Shown: positions 1 to 11,843, numbered from the stretch's first letter. The stretch is 40,000 bases of DNA from Bryobacterales bacterium (GCA_963744555.1 CAVUUB010000020.1:185086-225085); one strand, 5' to 3'. Program-made: numbers and translations. The notes: generated by a model not told the origin, from the sequence alone.

Positions 1-270
1 CATGTTTCGCCGGAATTTCCCAGCGGATATTGGCCGAACACCCCGGCTCCTCCGAACGAAACGGCCTGGGATAAGAGCGCGGACGCATTTCGCAAAGACC
101 TAAAAGCGATGGCCGAGTTGGTCGCGAACGAATCGACGGATCTGTTCACCCCGATCCCGCATGGCGAGGGGAAGACGATCCTCCGCGAAGCGTTGCTTGT
201 GGCGGATCACAACGCCTACCATCTGGGAGAGCTTGTTCTGTTGCGGCGCCTGCTGGGAGCGTGGCAGTAG
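1..270 (+). CDS. DinB-family protein, C-terminal fragment (5' end outside window)
   Basis: Frame 1 is open from base 1 to TAG at 268-270. It is absent from the ORF track because no start lies in the window. The translation ...[43 protein letters not shown] shows the C-terminal DHxxYHxGE helix pattern typical of DinB/YfiT-like proteins. Confidence 0.55.
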   Translation, partial: HVSPEFPSGYWPNTPAPPNETAWDKSADAFRKDLKAMAELVANESTDLFTPIPHGEGKTILREALLVADHNAYHLGELVLLRRLLGAWQ

Positions 271-316
271 CATCGCTCCTTGTCGCTTCTCGTGCCAGAA
301 ATCGGGTTGACGTGGC

Positions 317-410
317 GCACACACTTTTGTGTGCCGCGCCGGCACTCGTGCCGACGCCCGGAGTTCTCAGGTGTCGAGATAAGTCTCGTCACGGCACGCT
401 GAGAGCGTGC
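317..410. terminator. Cluster of short GC-rich hairpins between convergent genes (possible bidirectional terminator)
   Basis: GCACACA-CTTT-TGTGTGC (317-334), CGGCA-CTCG-TGCCG (about 340-353) and GCACGC-TGAGA-GCGTGC (394-410). There are no clear T-tracts, so the function is uncertain. Confidence 0.25.
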
Positions 411-421
411 AGCGCGGCCGA

Positions 422-3400
422 TCAATTCTCCGGCCCGGCCGCCGGCGCCGGTTCCCCCGGCGGAAGAATCGGCCGTGGCCGCTCCATTCGCCATTGAACA
501 CCGCCTGGGACTTCGCGCTCGGTGCGCATGACGCGGAGTTGGCCATCCGCCAGATATTTCAAGTGCACGCGATCGAAGGCGAGCCCGGCTGCGGCCAAAA
601 GCTTCAAATAATCGCCGTGCGCGGTTTCGTCGGGCGCTTCGGTATAGCCGGAATCCCAGGTAATGTCGGGCGAGATGCCGCCTCCGCCGCCCGCGGCTTG
701 AACTTGCGCGCCTGCCTGCCCTCCGGCCGGTCGTGCCGGATTACCTTTGAGCGACATATAAATGCGGACGCCATCCACGATCGGCTGATACATGTTGCGC
801 GGCTGCCAGCGCTGGCCGAAACGTTCGTAGCGCGCGTTCATGCGTTCTTCCAGCGGCAGCAGGCCGGGCACGACGCGTTCCGCCTGTACGATTCGATCCT
901 GCAGAGCGTAGGCAGTCTTCATGCTGTAGGGATGCTCGGGATCGCGCAAATAATTCGAGGCTGGTGAACCAACCGCGCGGGATCCACCAGGCGCGGCCGG
1001 GATTGGCCTGTTCACGGGTTTGCACCCAGCCGGTGTATTCGGAGAACGGCTGCACCCATTCGTGCGACGGATAGCCGTGCGGATTCAGAAACGCGTCCGG
1101 CAGCCATTCCTCGATCAATTGCCGCCGCGTTCGAGATTCGGGATACACAGGATCGGTTTCGCTCTGGCCGTTCGCCACATCAGCGGCTAATGCGCCGTGA
1201 TAGCCGGGATGCAGAATGTTATCGGGCGTGATGCCGGCCAGATCCATCGACAGCTCGGCGCCATCGGTGTTGGTGATCGGATGCAGGACTACGTTGACTT
1301 GCTTCAGCATCGCGCGAGTTTCGGGATCGGTGACGAGCTGCTCGCCCAATTTCAAAATGTGGCTGGTGCTCGAAACTTCGTTGGCGTGCTGGCGGCCGGA
1401 ATAGACGACGACCGCTTTCAGCGTGCTCTCTTTGGCGCGCGAACGCAGCACCGAAGGCGACGGCAACATCACATCCGCCGCCCAAAGATTTTGGCCCAGA
1501 TAGCTGCGGCCCATCCAGTAAGCGGTGACGCCCGGATAAGTGGCGAACCGCGCCAGCACCGCTGCATTTTCATCGGGACCAATGGGCTCGTCCCATTGCA
1601 CGATGGGCGTACGCGTGGTTTTCGGCGCGTAATCGGCGATCATGGGCCGCGGCGTCGCGGGCGGCGCAATCGGCCAGCTCGCATAAACTCGCTCCGGCGC
1701 GCTTCCCACTTTCGCAGTGAGCGCGAGCGGCAGCTCGAACTCGACGGCCATGCGCTGCAGATGCGGATACGCGAAGTCGTCGCGATAAATCCCGGCCGAA
1801 TGCATTTGCTCCAGCCAGTGAAGCTGGCCGCGGGCTCGCTCGACGACGAACAGGGTGCGATCCACCTGGTCCTGGCCTTCCACCTTTAGCCAGTCCTCGT
1901 ACTTGTCTTGGTTATAGTCGGCCGGCATCAGCCACGTCAGGCTTCGAACGCCCTGTTCTCCGGCTTTGACGCGCGCCTGAATCAAGCGCGGCTGCATGTC
2001 GCCGGTGATCACCGGCAGGTTGCGCTCGCGCTCCTGGTGCTTGCCTTGTGCATCGGTCCAACTCAGGCGTACCACAGGATTTGCCGCGGGTTTCCCATAG
2101 AACTCGATGTGGACGTGGCCGTCCTTGCCGTCTTCTGACGCATGGACGACGGGAATGATGCGCCCGACGTAACTGATCGCCCGGCCGCTTTCGAGGTTGC
2201 CCATCATGTTCATGAAGTTCTCGGTGGAATAGAACGTGTCTTCCTGCAGCGCTTCGAGCGACGAGATGCGTTCTTTGTCGAGATCGAGCGAATAATCGGG
2301 CTCGCTCATGTGAATGTCGATGCTCAGCGTGTCAAACGGCGGCGCGAACTCCGGCCGCAGATCGCCTTTGGACTGCGCCATAACGAAGTGAAAAACTTCG
2401 GGCAGCGTTTCGTTCTGGTAGTGATCCCAGAAGATCTTCGGGATCGGTCTTGATGCGCTGGTCGAGCAAGATCTTTCCACTCTGCTCCAGCTTCACCCAG
2501 CCGGTATCGACCCGCACTTGCTCATAGCGCTGGATGACGCCGTTGTAGGGCTGCATCACCGGTGGTGACGGTGAAATCGCGCGTCAGGATTTCGCTGCCG
2601 CGGCGTCGTAGGCGTGGACGCGATAGGTTGGGCTGCCGTTCGACGGCTCAAATTCGTTCAGCGTAATTTTTGCCAGCGGCAGATTCAACTTGCGCGCCAG
2701 CATCTCGTCCACCGGATATAGCTCTTGCACCCAGCGCGCCGGCGAGTACATGGCGCGCTCGCCGGTCGGATCGACCTCCTTGGCGAACTCGATTTTGAAG
2801 CTTGCGACCGGCTTTGCCCGCCAGCTCGGGCGCGATCTCGTCCATCAGCCAGCTATAGCCCGGCTTGTAAGCGGACAGCACCACCACGTGCAGGCGTTGT
2901 GGATCGGCGCCGGCGTGCTTCAGCATGTCCTCGAGTTGCGCTTGGAGTTTACGGCGCTGCTCCGGTCCTTCGCTGACTCGCGCCACTAGCTTCACGTCGC
3001 CCCCGCGCCGCAAGCGCGATGAAACGCCTTGCACGGCCTGCAGAAGCCGCGTGCCTTCCCACGGAATCACTGAGATCCTCGGTAAAACTGGGCGTGGATG
3101 TATGGAACGACTGTTCGGGCGACTGATAGTGAACGTTCGGCTCGCGCTCGCAACACTGCGTGCCGGCACGCAGGCTGTTGGTCTCTACTTCGAGACCGTC
3201 GGGATGCAGAGCGATCCTGGATCTGGCCGCGCACGAAGTCGGTGAGATGGGGATCGGCCAGATCGACGAACAGCTCGGCTTTGACATTCTTGACCGGCGC
3301 GCCGCCGATCTCTTTCATCCAGCGATCGAGATGATAAAGCCCGACGGCGGCCTGGCCCGCGCCGGATCGCAGGGAGAAGAAGCGATGCAGGTCATAGCGG

Positions 3401-4692
3401 ATCTCTTCGAGCGAAAGATATGGCTTGCCCGGCTCCCATAGGTTTGGGAAATGGCCGGAGAGCAGATCCAGGGCCGCCGCCGCCCCAGTATCGTCGCCAC
3501 GCGCAAGCAATGCCCCGTGCCGCGCGAAGCCGTCGTCCACCACCCGAATCTCTCCTTCCCCGGGCGCTAGATTGGTTCCGCTTGCGCGCCGTTCTTTTGC
3601 GCGCAGTTTGCGGCTTCTTCGACAAAGCCGAGTCGCCGGCGATCACCGCCTGAGTGCGCACATCTTTGACGCTGGCGTCGGGCGCTGGAGATGCAAGCGG
3701 CAGCGTAAGCCCGGCCGCTTCCATGCCCATGCGAGCAGCGAGGTTGGCCAGCGCAGTTCCAGCTGCGCCAGCGGGAACATAGAGGCGCGAGTCGAGCGAG
3801 GACGGGATCGGCATGCGCTGAGTGCCGTTGAAGAGGCCTCGGCTTGTGTAGAGAGTCGCGAGGTCGAGGCGCTTGGGCGCGGGCGGCTCGCCGCTTGCCG
3901 TGGCGCCGCTGCGGCTGGTGTATTAGCGGCTGGCGTCTCGGCCGGAAGCGTCTTCGGATTCATTATCTCGACCGGCGAAGCTCCGCCGAGCACCGTCACT
4001 TGACGCACGCCGGTCAAGCTGATTCGATGCGAACGCGGCGCTTAACGCGGCAATGGTCACCGGCGTCTGACTTCGCAGGATCGCGCGATACACGGCGGCG
4101 GTCTCCGCGCTTGTATGTCACGCCGACCAATTGCGTGCTCGAGCCGACAGCCGTAGCGATAGCCTCTAATTTTTCGCCGGGGACCTTCCATTGATAGGGC
4201 GCGCGCGCAGTGTAGGCGTCGGCAGCGGCCCCGAGGCCGCGGTCATCATTGGCGACGATCGCAAATTGCCGCTCAGCGCAAACACGCCGCCCTCTTCGGC
4301 ATCCAAGCTTCGGTGCGAGCGTCGCCAACTCGGCCGTAAACTGCGCGGGGACCGCGTCCTTGCCAACCCAGATACGCGGAGCGTCGACTGCATTGGTGCT
4401 CGCGTTGGCGCCAGCATTAATGACCATCGGCAACGTCAAGCCGGTCGTACCGAAACCCAACCTCGCCGCCAGATTCGCCGCTGCGGCATTTTCCGCGGCA
4501 CTCGGACGCGCGGGCACCACCACTTTGCCGTTCACGAAGTCGGCGATTCCGTCGCCGTTGGTGTCCACCAGCATCCAGCCGGTTCGCGAAGGCATCGGCC
4601 ACGAAGCCAGCGGAATTTGCAGCCGGTGCCGACGGCCTCTGAAACGCAAACGCGCACACGATCGTCAGCAGCGGAATCGATCTTTTTAGCAT
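422..4692 (-). pseudogene. Large secreted M14-like metallopeptidase, disrupted by multiple frameshifts
   Basis: Collinear minus-strand ORF fragments with overlapping ends lie in different frames. They are 4417..4719 (signal peptide MLKRSIPLLTIVCAFA), 4014..4649, 3392..3814, 3067..3543, 2648..3169, 2332..2559, 741..2480 and 422..1015. The HxxE zinc motif (QHANEVSS) and NPHGYPSHEW are in the 741..2480 piece. A repeated ANLAARxG..GLTLP module occurs in two N-terminal pieces. The junctions read through sensibly when the frame is changed, for example ...GWVKLEQSGKILLDQRIKT / PKIFWDHYQNETLPEVFHF near 2445. Confidence 0.65.
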
Positions 4693-7567
4693 GGTCAATC
4701 GAACTCCAACCATTATCAACCAACAAAACCGGTATCATGGCCAGGATGAGGGCATACGGATTGAAATCCATCCGGCGAACAGATCGGCATGGTCGGGATT
4801 GGCGGCCGGCGTACTCGCGGTGGCGTTCGTAGTCGCTGCGCCAGCTCAAACTACCCGCCACTTGACGACCCCGAAGGAAGCTCTCGGATTCGAGGTCGGC
4901 GACGATTACCAGCTCGCCACTTACACGCAGCTCACCGCGTGGTGGCAGAAACTGGCCGCCGAGTCGGATCGCATGAAGCTGGTCGAAATGGGAAAGACCG
5001 AAGAGGGCCGGCCGCAATGGATGGCCATCATCACTTCACCCGAGAATCAGAAGAAGCTGGACCATTACAAGCAGATCTCGCAAAAGCTCGCGCATGCCGA
5101 AGGTCTCACCGACGATGAGGCGCACGCCCTGGCGCACGAAGGCAAGGCGGTGGTTTGGATCGATGGCGGAATCCACGCCACCGAAGTGCTGGGCGCGCAT
5201 CAATTGATGGAGTTCGTTTGGGAGATGCTCAGCCGCAATGATCCGGAGACGTTGCGCATTTTAAATGACGACATCATCCTGGCCGTGCACTGCAATCCCG
5301 ACGGGATGGAGCTGGTCTCCAACTGGTACATGCGCCAGTCCGATCCCATGAAGCGCACGCACGCAATTTGTGCCGGTCCTATGGCAGAAATATATCGGCC
5401 ACGACGACAATCGCGACTTCTACATGTCCAACATGAAGGAAACCACCAACATGAATCGCCAGCTTTTCATCGAGTGGTTTCCGCAGATCATGTACAACCA
5501 TCATCAGACCGGCCCCGCCGGCGCGGTGATGTTCGCGCCTCCGTTTCGCGATCCGTTCAATTACAACTTCGATCCGCTGATCCCGCTGCAAATCGAACTG
5601 GTGGGCGCGGCGATGCACAGCCGCATGGTGGCGGAGGGCAAGCCTGGCACGGTGCAGCGCAGCGGCGCGACCTATTCGACCTGGTACAACGGCGGCCTGC
5701 GCACCGTTACATATTTCCACAATATGATCGGATTGCTCACGGAAACCATCGGCAATCCGACGCCGATGGAGGTGCCGCTGATCGCTGACCGGCAGCTACC
5801 CAATGGCGATGAGCCGTTTCCGGTTCCGCCGCAGACCTGGCATTTTCGCCAGTCGATTGAATACTCCATGACCGCGAATCGCGCGGTGCTGGACCTGGCG
5901 TCGAAATATCGCGAGGATTTTCTGTACAACCTTTATCGCATGGGGCGCAACTCGATCGAGCGCGGGAGCCGGGATTCGTGGACCATCACGCCCAAGCGCA
6001 TCGAGGCGCTGGAACAGGCCGCGATCGAAGAGGATCTGGTGCGTCGACCGGCGACCGGGCCTGCCTGCCAACTTGTATGCTTCGGTGTTGCACGATCCGG
6101 CGCTGCGCGATCCGCGCGGCTACATTATTCCCTCCGATCAGCCGGACTTCCCGACGGCCACCAAGTTCATCAATGCTCTGCTGAAGAACGGCATCACCAT
6201 TCTGCGCGCCACCGGCGGATTTCCAGGTGGCTGGAAAACACTATCCGGCCGGTTCCTGGGTGGTGAAGAACGCGCAGGCATTCCGTCCGCACGTCCTCGA
6301 TATGTTCGAGCCGCAGGATCATCCCAACGACTTCCGCTATCCGGGCGGCCCGCCGATTCCGCCATACGACGTGACCGGCTACACGCTGGCTTTTCAAATG
6401 GGCGTGAAGTTCGACCGCATCCTGGATGCCTTCGACGGCCCGTTCGAGAAGGTCAACGGTTTGCAAAGTGCTCCGCCGGAGCGGATCCTCGGCCCGGCGC
6501 AGCCGACCGGCTATCTGATCAGTCACCAGCAGAACGACGCGTTCATCGTGGTTAACCGCCTGCTGAAAAATGGCGACGAAGTCTACTGGCTCAAAAAACC
6601 GGTCACGCTCGCCGGACGCAGCACGGGCCCTGGAACAATATTCGTTCCTGCCCGGCCGCAAACCCGCACAGTGCTTCAGAAAGCCGCGGTCGATCTGGGA
6701 GTGACCGTGGAAGGCGTGACCTCTCGTCCATCAGGCGAGGCGCTCAAGTTGAAACCGGTGCGGATCGGACTCTGGGATCAGTACGGCGGTTCGATGACAT
6801 CGGGCTGGCTGCGCTGGATCTTCGAGCAGTTCGAGTTTCCGTTCGAGGTGGTTTATCCGCAGGCGCTGGACCAGGGCGATCTGGCCGCCCGTTTCGACGT
6901 GCTCGTGTTTCCGAGCGGCGCGATGCCACGCTCTGTGGGTGTAGGCGAGGCCCGTGGCCGAGGCGGATTGAATCGCCAACCCACCCCCGACGAAATTCCC
7001 GAGCAATATCGCAAGATGCTGGGCAACGTAACTAGCGAAAAAACCGTGCCTCAGCTCCGCAAGTTCGTCGACGCCGGCGGTACCATCGTGACCATCGGCG
7101 ATTCCACTGAACTGGCCCGTTTGTTCGGACTGCCGGTGGAAGACGGTTTAATGGAGAGGACCCAGGACGCGAAGCAACGTCCGCTGCCGCGCGAGAAGTT
7201 CTACGTCCCTGGCTCGGTGCTTCAAGCCAGCGTCGACAACACCGATCCGGTGGCATATGGTATGGGCTCAACGGTTGACGTGTTCTTCGAGAACAGTCCA
7301 GTTTTTCGCCTAAGCCCGGATGCGGAGTTGAAAGGCATTAAGCCGGTTCTGTGGTTCCCGAATGCAACACCGCTGCGTAGCGGATGGGCTTGGGGCGAGG
7401 GATATCTCCAGGGTACCGTAGCGGCTGCGGAGGCGCCTATGGGCGAAGGCAGATTGTTCCTGTTAGGCGCGGAAGCTGCTTTCCGCGGGCAGCCGCACGG
7501 AACTTACAAACTATTGTTCAATTCGATTTATTTCGGATCGGCGAAAGCGGCCACCATCGTGCCCTAA
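4691..7567 (+). pseudogene. M14 family zinc carboxypeptidase-like protein, at least 3 frameshifts
   Basis: Four overlapping plus-strand pieces together read as one protein of about 950 aa. They are 4691..5788 (signal peptide, then IDGGIHATEV with the HxxE zinc motif), 5370..6266 (LPVLWQKYIGHDDNRDFYM...), 6073..6555 and 6227..7567. Frame changes lie near 5355-5370, 6050-6075 and 6215-6240. The exact start is uncertain. Confidence 0.7.
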
Positions 7568-7786
7568 GGAGTGTTTCCGAGCCGCGCGCGTAAGCAAGCG
7601 ATCTCCCAAAAACTACAGCGCCCGCCGTTGGCTCCTCCACCAAAAGCGGGCGCTCTTCTCCGAGTTGTTAGCTCATTGTGTCTTCGTGCATTAGACTCTG
7701 CCTTGCGCGGAACGTTTCTTCAGTAAAATTACTAGGTTCGCAGCACCTTGCCGCCGCCATCCAAGCCGCGCTACGCTCGGAATTCA

Positions 7787-8857
7787 ATGAAAAAGTTTTC
7801 ATGCCTGCTCGTCCTCGTCCCCAGTTTCGCGATTGCACAAAATTCTTCGACCCCAGCCTTCAAATTCGCCGTCTCGGGCGATTCCCGCAATTGCGGCGAC
7901 GTGGTGATGCCGGCCATCGCTGCCGGCGCCCGCCGGAACGGAGCGGATTTCTACTGGCACCTGGGAGATATGCGAGCGATCTATACCTTCGATGAAGATC
8001 TTGTGCCTCCAGCCAAGCTGGCGCTGCCTCCGCGCGGCGTACCCTTGAATGTGACCACCTACCTTTCGTCGGCGTGGCCCGACTTCATCGCTCGCCAAAT
8101 GACGCCCTTCGGCGATCTAACAGTCTTTCTCGCGATCGGAAATCACGAAACAATCGCCCCCTCAACGCGCGAGGCATGGCTTATCCAGTTCGCCGATTGG
8201 CTCGAGAACCCGGTCATCCGCGCGCAGCGATTGAAGGACGATCCTCTGGATCGCAAGCTGCACGCGTACTATCACTGGATCCAGGGCAACATCGACTTCA
8301 TCACGCTCGACAACGTCACCTCCGAACAGTTCGATCTGGCTCAGCTCGCCTGGTTCCACAAAGTCATCAACCGCGACGAAGCATCGCCGGATATCCGCAC
8401 TATCGTGGTCGGCTCGCATATCGCGCTGCCCGGCGCCATAGGCCATAGCCACACCATGGACGATTGGCCGCAGGGCATCAAGACCGGCCGCGAAGTCTAC
8501 GAAGCGCTCTGGCACGCGCGCAGCGCCGCCAATAAACAGGTCTATGTCCTCGCCAGCCATTCCCACTTCTTCATGGAGAATGTCTTCCGCACGCCGGACT
8601 GGAAGGGCAAGGAACTGCCGGGTTGGATTGTCGGGACCGCCGGCGCGGTTCGTTACCGGTTGCCCGCCGAAGCCGGACCCGATCAAAAGGGCATGACGAA
8701 TGTTTATGGCTTCCTGCAAGGAACTGCCATGCGCGACGGCTCTATTTCGTTCGCCTATCAATCCCTTAGCCTGCAGGATTTGCTGAGCGCCAACCAGGGA
8801 AAGCAGCCCGAGCCGTTAGTGCGCTGGTGCTTCGACGAGAATTCGCTGGCTCGCTGA
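7787..8857 (+). CDS. Calcineurin-like metallophosphoesterase, secreted
   Basis: ATG at 7787 gives the signal peptide MKKFSCLLVLVPSFAIAQ. Metallophosphoesterase motifs are visible: SGDSRNCGD, HLGDMR and GNHE. Confidence 0.75.
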   Translation: MKKFSCLLVLVPSFAIAQNSSTPAFKFAVSGDSRNCGDVVMPAIAAGARRNGADFYWHLGDMRAIYTFDEDLVPPAKLALPPRGVPLNVTTYLSSAWPDFIARQMTPFGDLTVFLAIGNHETIAPSTREAWLIQFADWLENPVIRAQRLKDDPLDRKLHAYYHWIQGNIDFITLDNVTSEQFDLAQLAWFHKVINRDEASPDIRTIVVGSHIALPGAIGHSHTMDDWPQGIKTGREVYEALWHARSAANKQVYVLASHSHFFMENVFRTPDWKGKELPGWIVGTAGAVRYRLPAEAGPDQKGMTNVYGFLQGTAMRDGSISFAYQSLSLQDLLSANQGKQPEPLVRWCFDENSLAR

Positions 8858-8943
8858 ACTTTCTTTCAGAAACCAACCCGCCGAACAGTCATCTAAGACT
8901 ATGGGGTGCTATGTCGCGTCTAATCTGTAGATCGGAGCAATGC

Positions 8944-9435
8944 GTGCATCTTCAAATTAACCAACGGGAAAACGAGGGGATCGTCATTCTCGACTTAAAA
9001 GGACGACTGATTTTGGGCCCCGAGGATGTTGCGCTTCGACAGCGGCTGCAGGCGTTACGCGAGGCTGGATCTACGAGTGTGTCCCTGAATCTCAAGGACG
9101 TGTCGGATATCGACTCCACTGCTCTCGGCACGATAATCTTCTGCGCGACGAAGTTTCAGGAAGCTGGTGGACGCTTGGCGCTTTTCAATCTCTCGCCCTC
9201 CCACTCGGCGTTATCTGACGCAGTCAAGCTCAATACTGCCTTCGAAATTTATCCTGACGAGGTGTCTGCTCTGAACAGCTTCTTTCCCGACCGCGCGATC
9301 CAACACTATGACATCCTCGAGTTCGTCGAAGAGCTGGGGCAAAAGCAGCACGCGAGTGATATCGAACCCGGTAAGAAGCTGGAAAGAGAACCCAATGGCC
9401 AAAGCAGAGGAGAGTCTCAAAAAGTACCGAAGTAA
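8944..9435 (+). CDS. STAS-domain protein (anti-sigma-factor antagonist-like) with C-terminal tail
   Basis: VHLQINQRENEGIVILDLKGRLILGPEDVALRQRLQAL...DVSDIDSTALGTIIF...GGRLALFNL is the typical SpoIIAA/STAS pattern. The GTG at 8944 is preceded by GGAG, and ATG 8911 is an alternative start. The 3' end overlaps the next gene by 41 nt. Confidence 0.65.
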   Translation: MHLQINQRENEGIVILDLKGRLILGPEDVALRQRLQALREAGSTSVSLNLKDVSDIDSTALGTIIFCATKFQEAGGRLALFNLSPSHSALSDAVKLNTAFEIYPDEVSALNSFFPDRAIQHYDILEFVEELGQKQHASDIEPGKKLEREPNGQSRGESQKVPK

Positions 9436-10042
9436 GCGGAATTTCGACGTAACATCGGAGCCAAGCGGCGCTGAACGAAAACGTACGTCCGCGAAAAAAG
9501 CGCTGGCGTATGTGATACAGAAACATCAAGCCTCGCAGCTGCACTACGATTTCCGTCTGGAATGGAACGGTGTGCTGCTCTCCTGGGCGGTCCCCAAAGG
9601 GCCATCGCTCGATCCTTCCGTAAAACGTTTGGCGGCTCAAGTGGAGGATCATCCGCTCGAGTACGGCAGCTTCGAAGGCGTGATCCCGGAAGGCGAGTAC
9701 GGGGGCGGTACGGTAATGCTGTGGGATAACGGAACTTGGACTCCCGAGGATACTGACGTCGACGCCGCTCTTCGCAAGGGCGAGCTGAAGTTCGCGCTGA
9801 ACGGCAAGAAGCTGAAAGGCTCCTGGGTCTTGATTCGAACTAAGGGCGGCTTTGGTGGATCGCGAAAACCGCAGTGGCTCTTGATCAAGCATCGCGACCA
9901 GTACGCGTCCACCGAAGATGTGTTGGCAACGAAGCCGCGCTCGGTGATCTCCAATCGGCCGATGGCCGGCATCGCTCGCGATAACCATGGCGACGTCGCC
10001 AAAGCGGCCAAGGCAGATCTTGCCGGGAGCCGGGCGAGTTGA
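9395..10042 (+). CDS. ligD: LigD 3'-phosphoesterase (PE) domain protein
   Basis: SLKKYRSKRNFDVTSEP...YVIQKHQASQLHYDFRLEWNGVLLSWAVPKGPSLDP...EDHPLEYGSFEGVIPEGEYGGGTVMLWD is the canonical LigD PE domain sequence. Confidence 0.85.
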   Translation: MAKAEESLKKYRSKRNFDVTSEPSGAERKRTSAKKALAYVIQKHQASQLHYDFRLEWNGVLLSWAVPKGPSLDPSVKRLAAQVEDHPLEYGSFEGVIPEGEYGGGTVMLWDNGTWTPEDTDVDAALRKGELKFALNGKKLKGSWVLIRTKGGFGGSRKPQWLLIKHRDQYASTEDVLATKPRSVISNRPMAGIARDNHGDVAKAAKADLAGSRAS

Positions 10043-10971
10043 GCGATCGCATTCCCTTTCGAGTTCAGCCTATGCTGGCCACGCTGGTCCGCGAACCATT
10101 CCATCGCCCTGGTTGGGTCTATGAGGAGAAGTACGACGGCTATCGCATCGTCGCTTACAAGGAGGGCGACGGCGTCACGCTTCTATCCCGCAACGCCAAG
10201 GACCGAACCGCGACATTCTCGGTTGTGGCCGAAGCGGTAGCTTCGCTCAAAGCGCGCACCTTGGCGCTCGATGGTGAAGTAGTATTGTTCGATCGCCGCA
10301 ATGTTTCCCGATTTCAACTTCTGCAGAATCTAAGCTCTCCGCCGAAATACGCCGTCTTCGACTGTCTTTATCACGATGGTCGCGATTTGCGGAGGGAGCC
10401 GTTGTCCGTCCGTCGCGCCGAACTGGAGAAGGTCGTTGGAAAGACGGCTGGAAAAGACGGCGCCATTTTCCTTTCATCCCGGTTGGCGGACAACGGCCTG
10501 AAAGCTTATGCCGCCGCCAAGCGCAAAGGCTTCGAGGGGGTGGTGGCCAAAGAAGAATCGGCTCCCTACATCCAGGGACGCTCGGGCAAATGGCTCAAAT
10601 TCAAAGTTCATCAGGAAGATGAATTTGTAATCGTTGGCTACACCGCGCCGGCCGGTTCCCGCCAGCATTTTGGTGCGCTACTGCTAGGAGCGTACGCGGA
10701 CTCGAAGCTCCATTATGTCGGCAAGGTCGGCACCGGATTTTCTCAAGACGTTCTGGCCAGCCTCTTCCGGAAATTTCAACCGCACGTTCGCGCCAAGCCC
10801 TCCGTGGTCAATCCGCCGCGCGAGAGAGATGTCACGTATCTGGCGCCCCGCCTGGTCGCCCAAATCTCGTACGGAGAGTGGACCAACGATCAGAAACTCC
10901 GCCAGCCGGTCTTCCTGGGCCTGCGCGACGACAAGAAGCCAGAAGAAGTCACTCTGCCGGAGGCCAAATGA
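10039..10971 (+). CDS. ligD: ATP-dependent DNA ligase (LigD ligase domain)
   Basis: QPMLATLV... and the EEKYDGYR adenylation motif (KxDG) are present, with an OB-fold tail ...KLRQPVFLGLRDDK. The TTG start overlaps the PE stop (TTGA). Confidence 0.85.
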   Translation: MSDRIPFRVQPMLATLVREPFHRPGWVYEEKYDGYRIVAYKEGDGVTLLSRNAKDRTATFSVVAEAVASLKARTLALDGEVVLFDRRNVSRFQLLQNLSSPPKYAVFDCLYHDGRDLRREPLSVRRAELEKVVGKTAGKDGAIFLSSRLADNGLKAYAAAKRKGFEGVVAKEESAPYIQGRSGKWLKFKVHQEDEFVIVGYTAPAGSRQHFGALLLGAYADSKLHYVGKVGTGFSQDVLASLFRKFQPHVRAKPSVVNPPRERDVTYLAPRLVAQISYGEWTNDQKLRQPVFLGLRDDKKPEEVTLPEAK

Positions 10972-11843
10972 CACTTGAAAAGCTGATCAGCCATCCCGAG
11001 AAGGTCTTTTGGCCGGAAGAAGGCTATACCAAGCTCGATCTCGCGCGTTTCTACGCCAGCGTTTTCCCTAAACTCAAGCCCTACGTTGCCGACCGCCTGC
11101 TGACCATGGAACGATGTCCGGATGGAATGCGAGGTGGATGCTTCTATCAAAAGGAAGCCCCCAAGGGTCTGCCTCCCTCCACTCCTACTCAGATGATCGA
11201 GCATCAGAATCGGAATGTCCGCTACGTCGTGGGCGGCTCGCTCGAAACTCAAATCGCGCTCGTAAATCTGGGGTGCATTCCGGTGCACGTTTGGGGCAGC
11301 CGGGCAAAGAATCCGAGCAAGCCGGACTGGATGGTGTTCGATCTCGATCCCGGTTCGGGTGAATTTTCGGACGCAGCCAAAGCGGGCCTGGTCCTGAAAG
11401 ATGCGCTGGACACTCTCCATCTTGTCTCGTTCCCCAAGACGTCCGGCAGCCGCGGACTCCACCTGTTCGTGCCGCTCCGCGCCGGTCCGGATTTCGATGA
11501 AGTGCGTTCTTTCGCGGCTCAGCTTTGCGACCGGCTGGCGGCCGCGCATCCCAAGGAGCTTACCGTCGAGCAGCGGATCGAAGCACGCAAAGGCCGGGTT
11601 TATCTGGATTCTTTCCGCAACGGATTTGGAGCCACGGTGGTGGCCCCCTACTCGGTCCGTCGTCGCGAGAAGGCTCCATTTTCGATGCCGCTCGCCTGGA
11701 AAGAAGTGAAGCCTTCGCTGGTTCCGTCGGATTTCAACCTCGGCAACTACGAGAAGCGGCTGGCTGCGCCGGACCCTTGGAAAGATTTTTTTGCCAGCAG
11801 GCAATCGATCAAGAGCGCGGTGAAAGCCGTGAATAAGATCTGA
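10968..11843 (+). CDS. ligD: LigD polymerase/primase domain protein
   Basis: The ATG at 10968 overlaps the ligase stop (ATGA). KVFWPEEGYTKLDLARFY...MERCPDG...FDLDP...TSGSRGLHLFVPL matches the archaeo-eukaryotic primase-like LigD Pol domain. Confidence 0.85.
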   Translation: MTLEKLISHPEKVFWPEEGYTKLDLARFYASVFPKLKPYVADRLLTMERCPDGMRGGCFYQKEAPKGLPPSTPTQMIEHQNRNVRYVVGGSLETQIALVNLGCIPVHVWGSRAKNPSKPDWMVFDLDPGSGEFSDAAKAGLVLKDALDTLHLVSFPKTSGSRGLHLFVPLRAGPDFDEVRSFAAQLCDRLAAAHPKELTVEQRIEARKGRVYLDSFRNGFGATVVAPYSVRRREKAPFSMPLAWKEVKPSLVPSDFNLGNYEKRLAAPDPWKDFFASRQSIKSAVKAVNKI

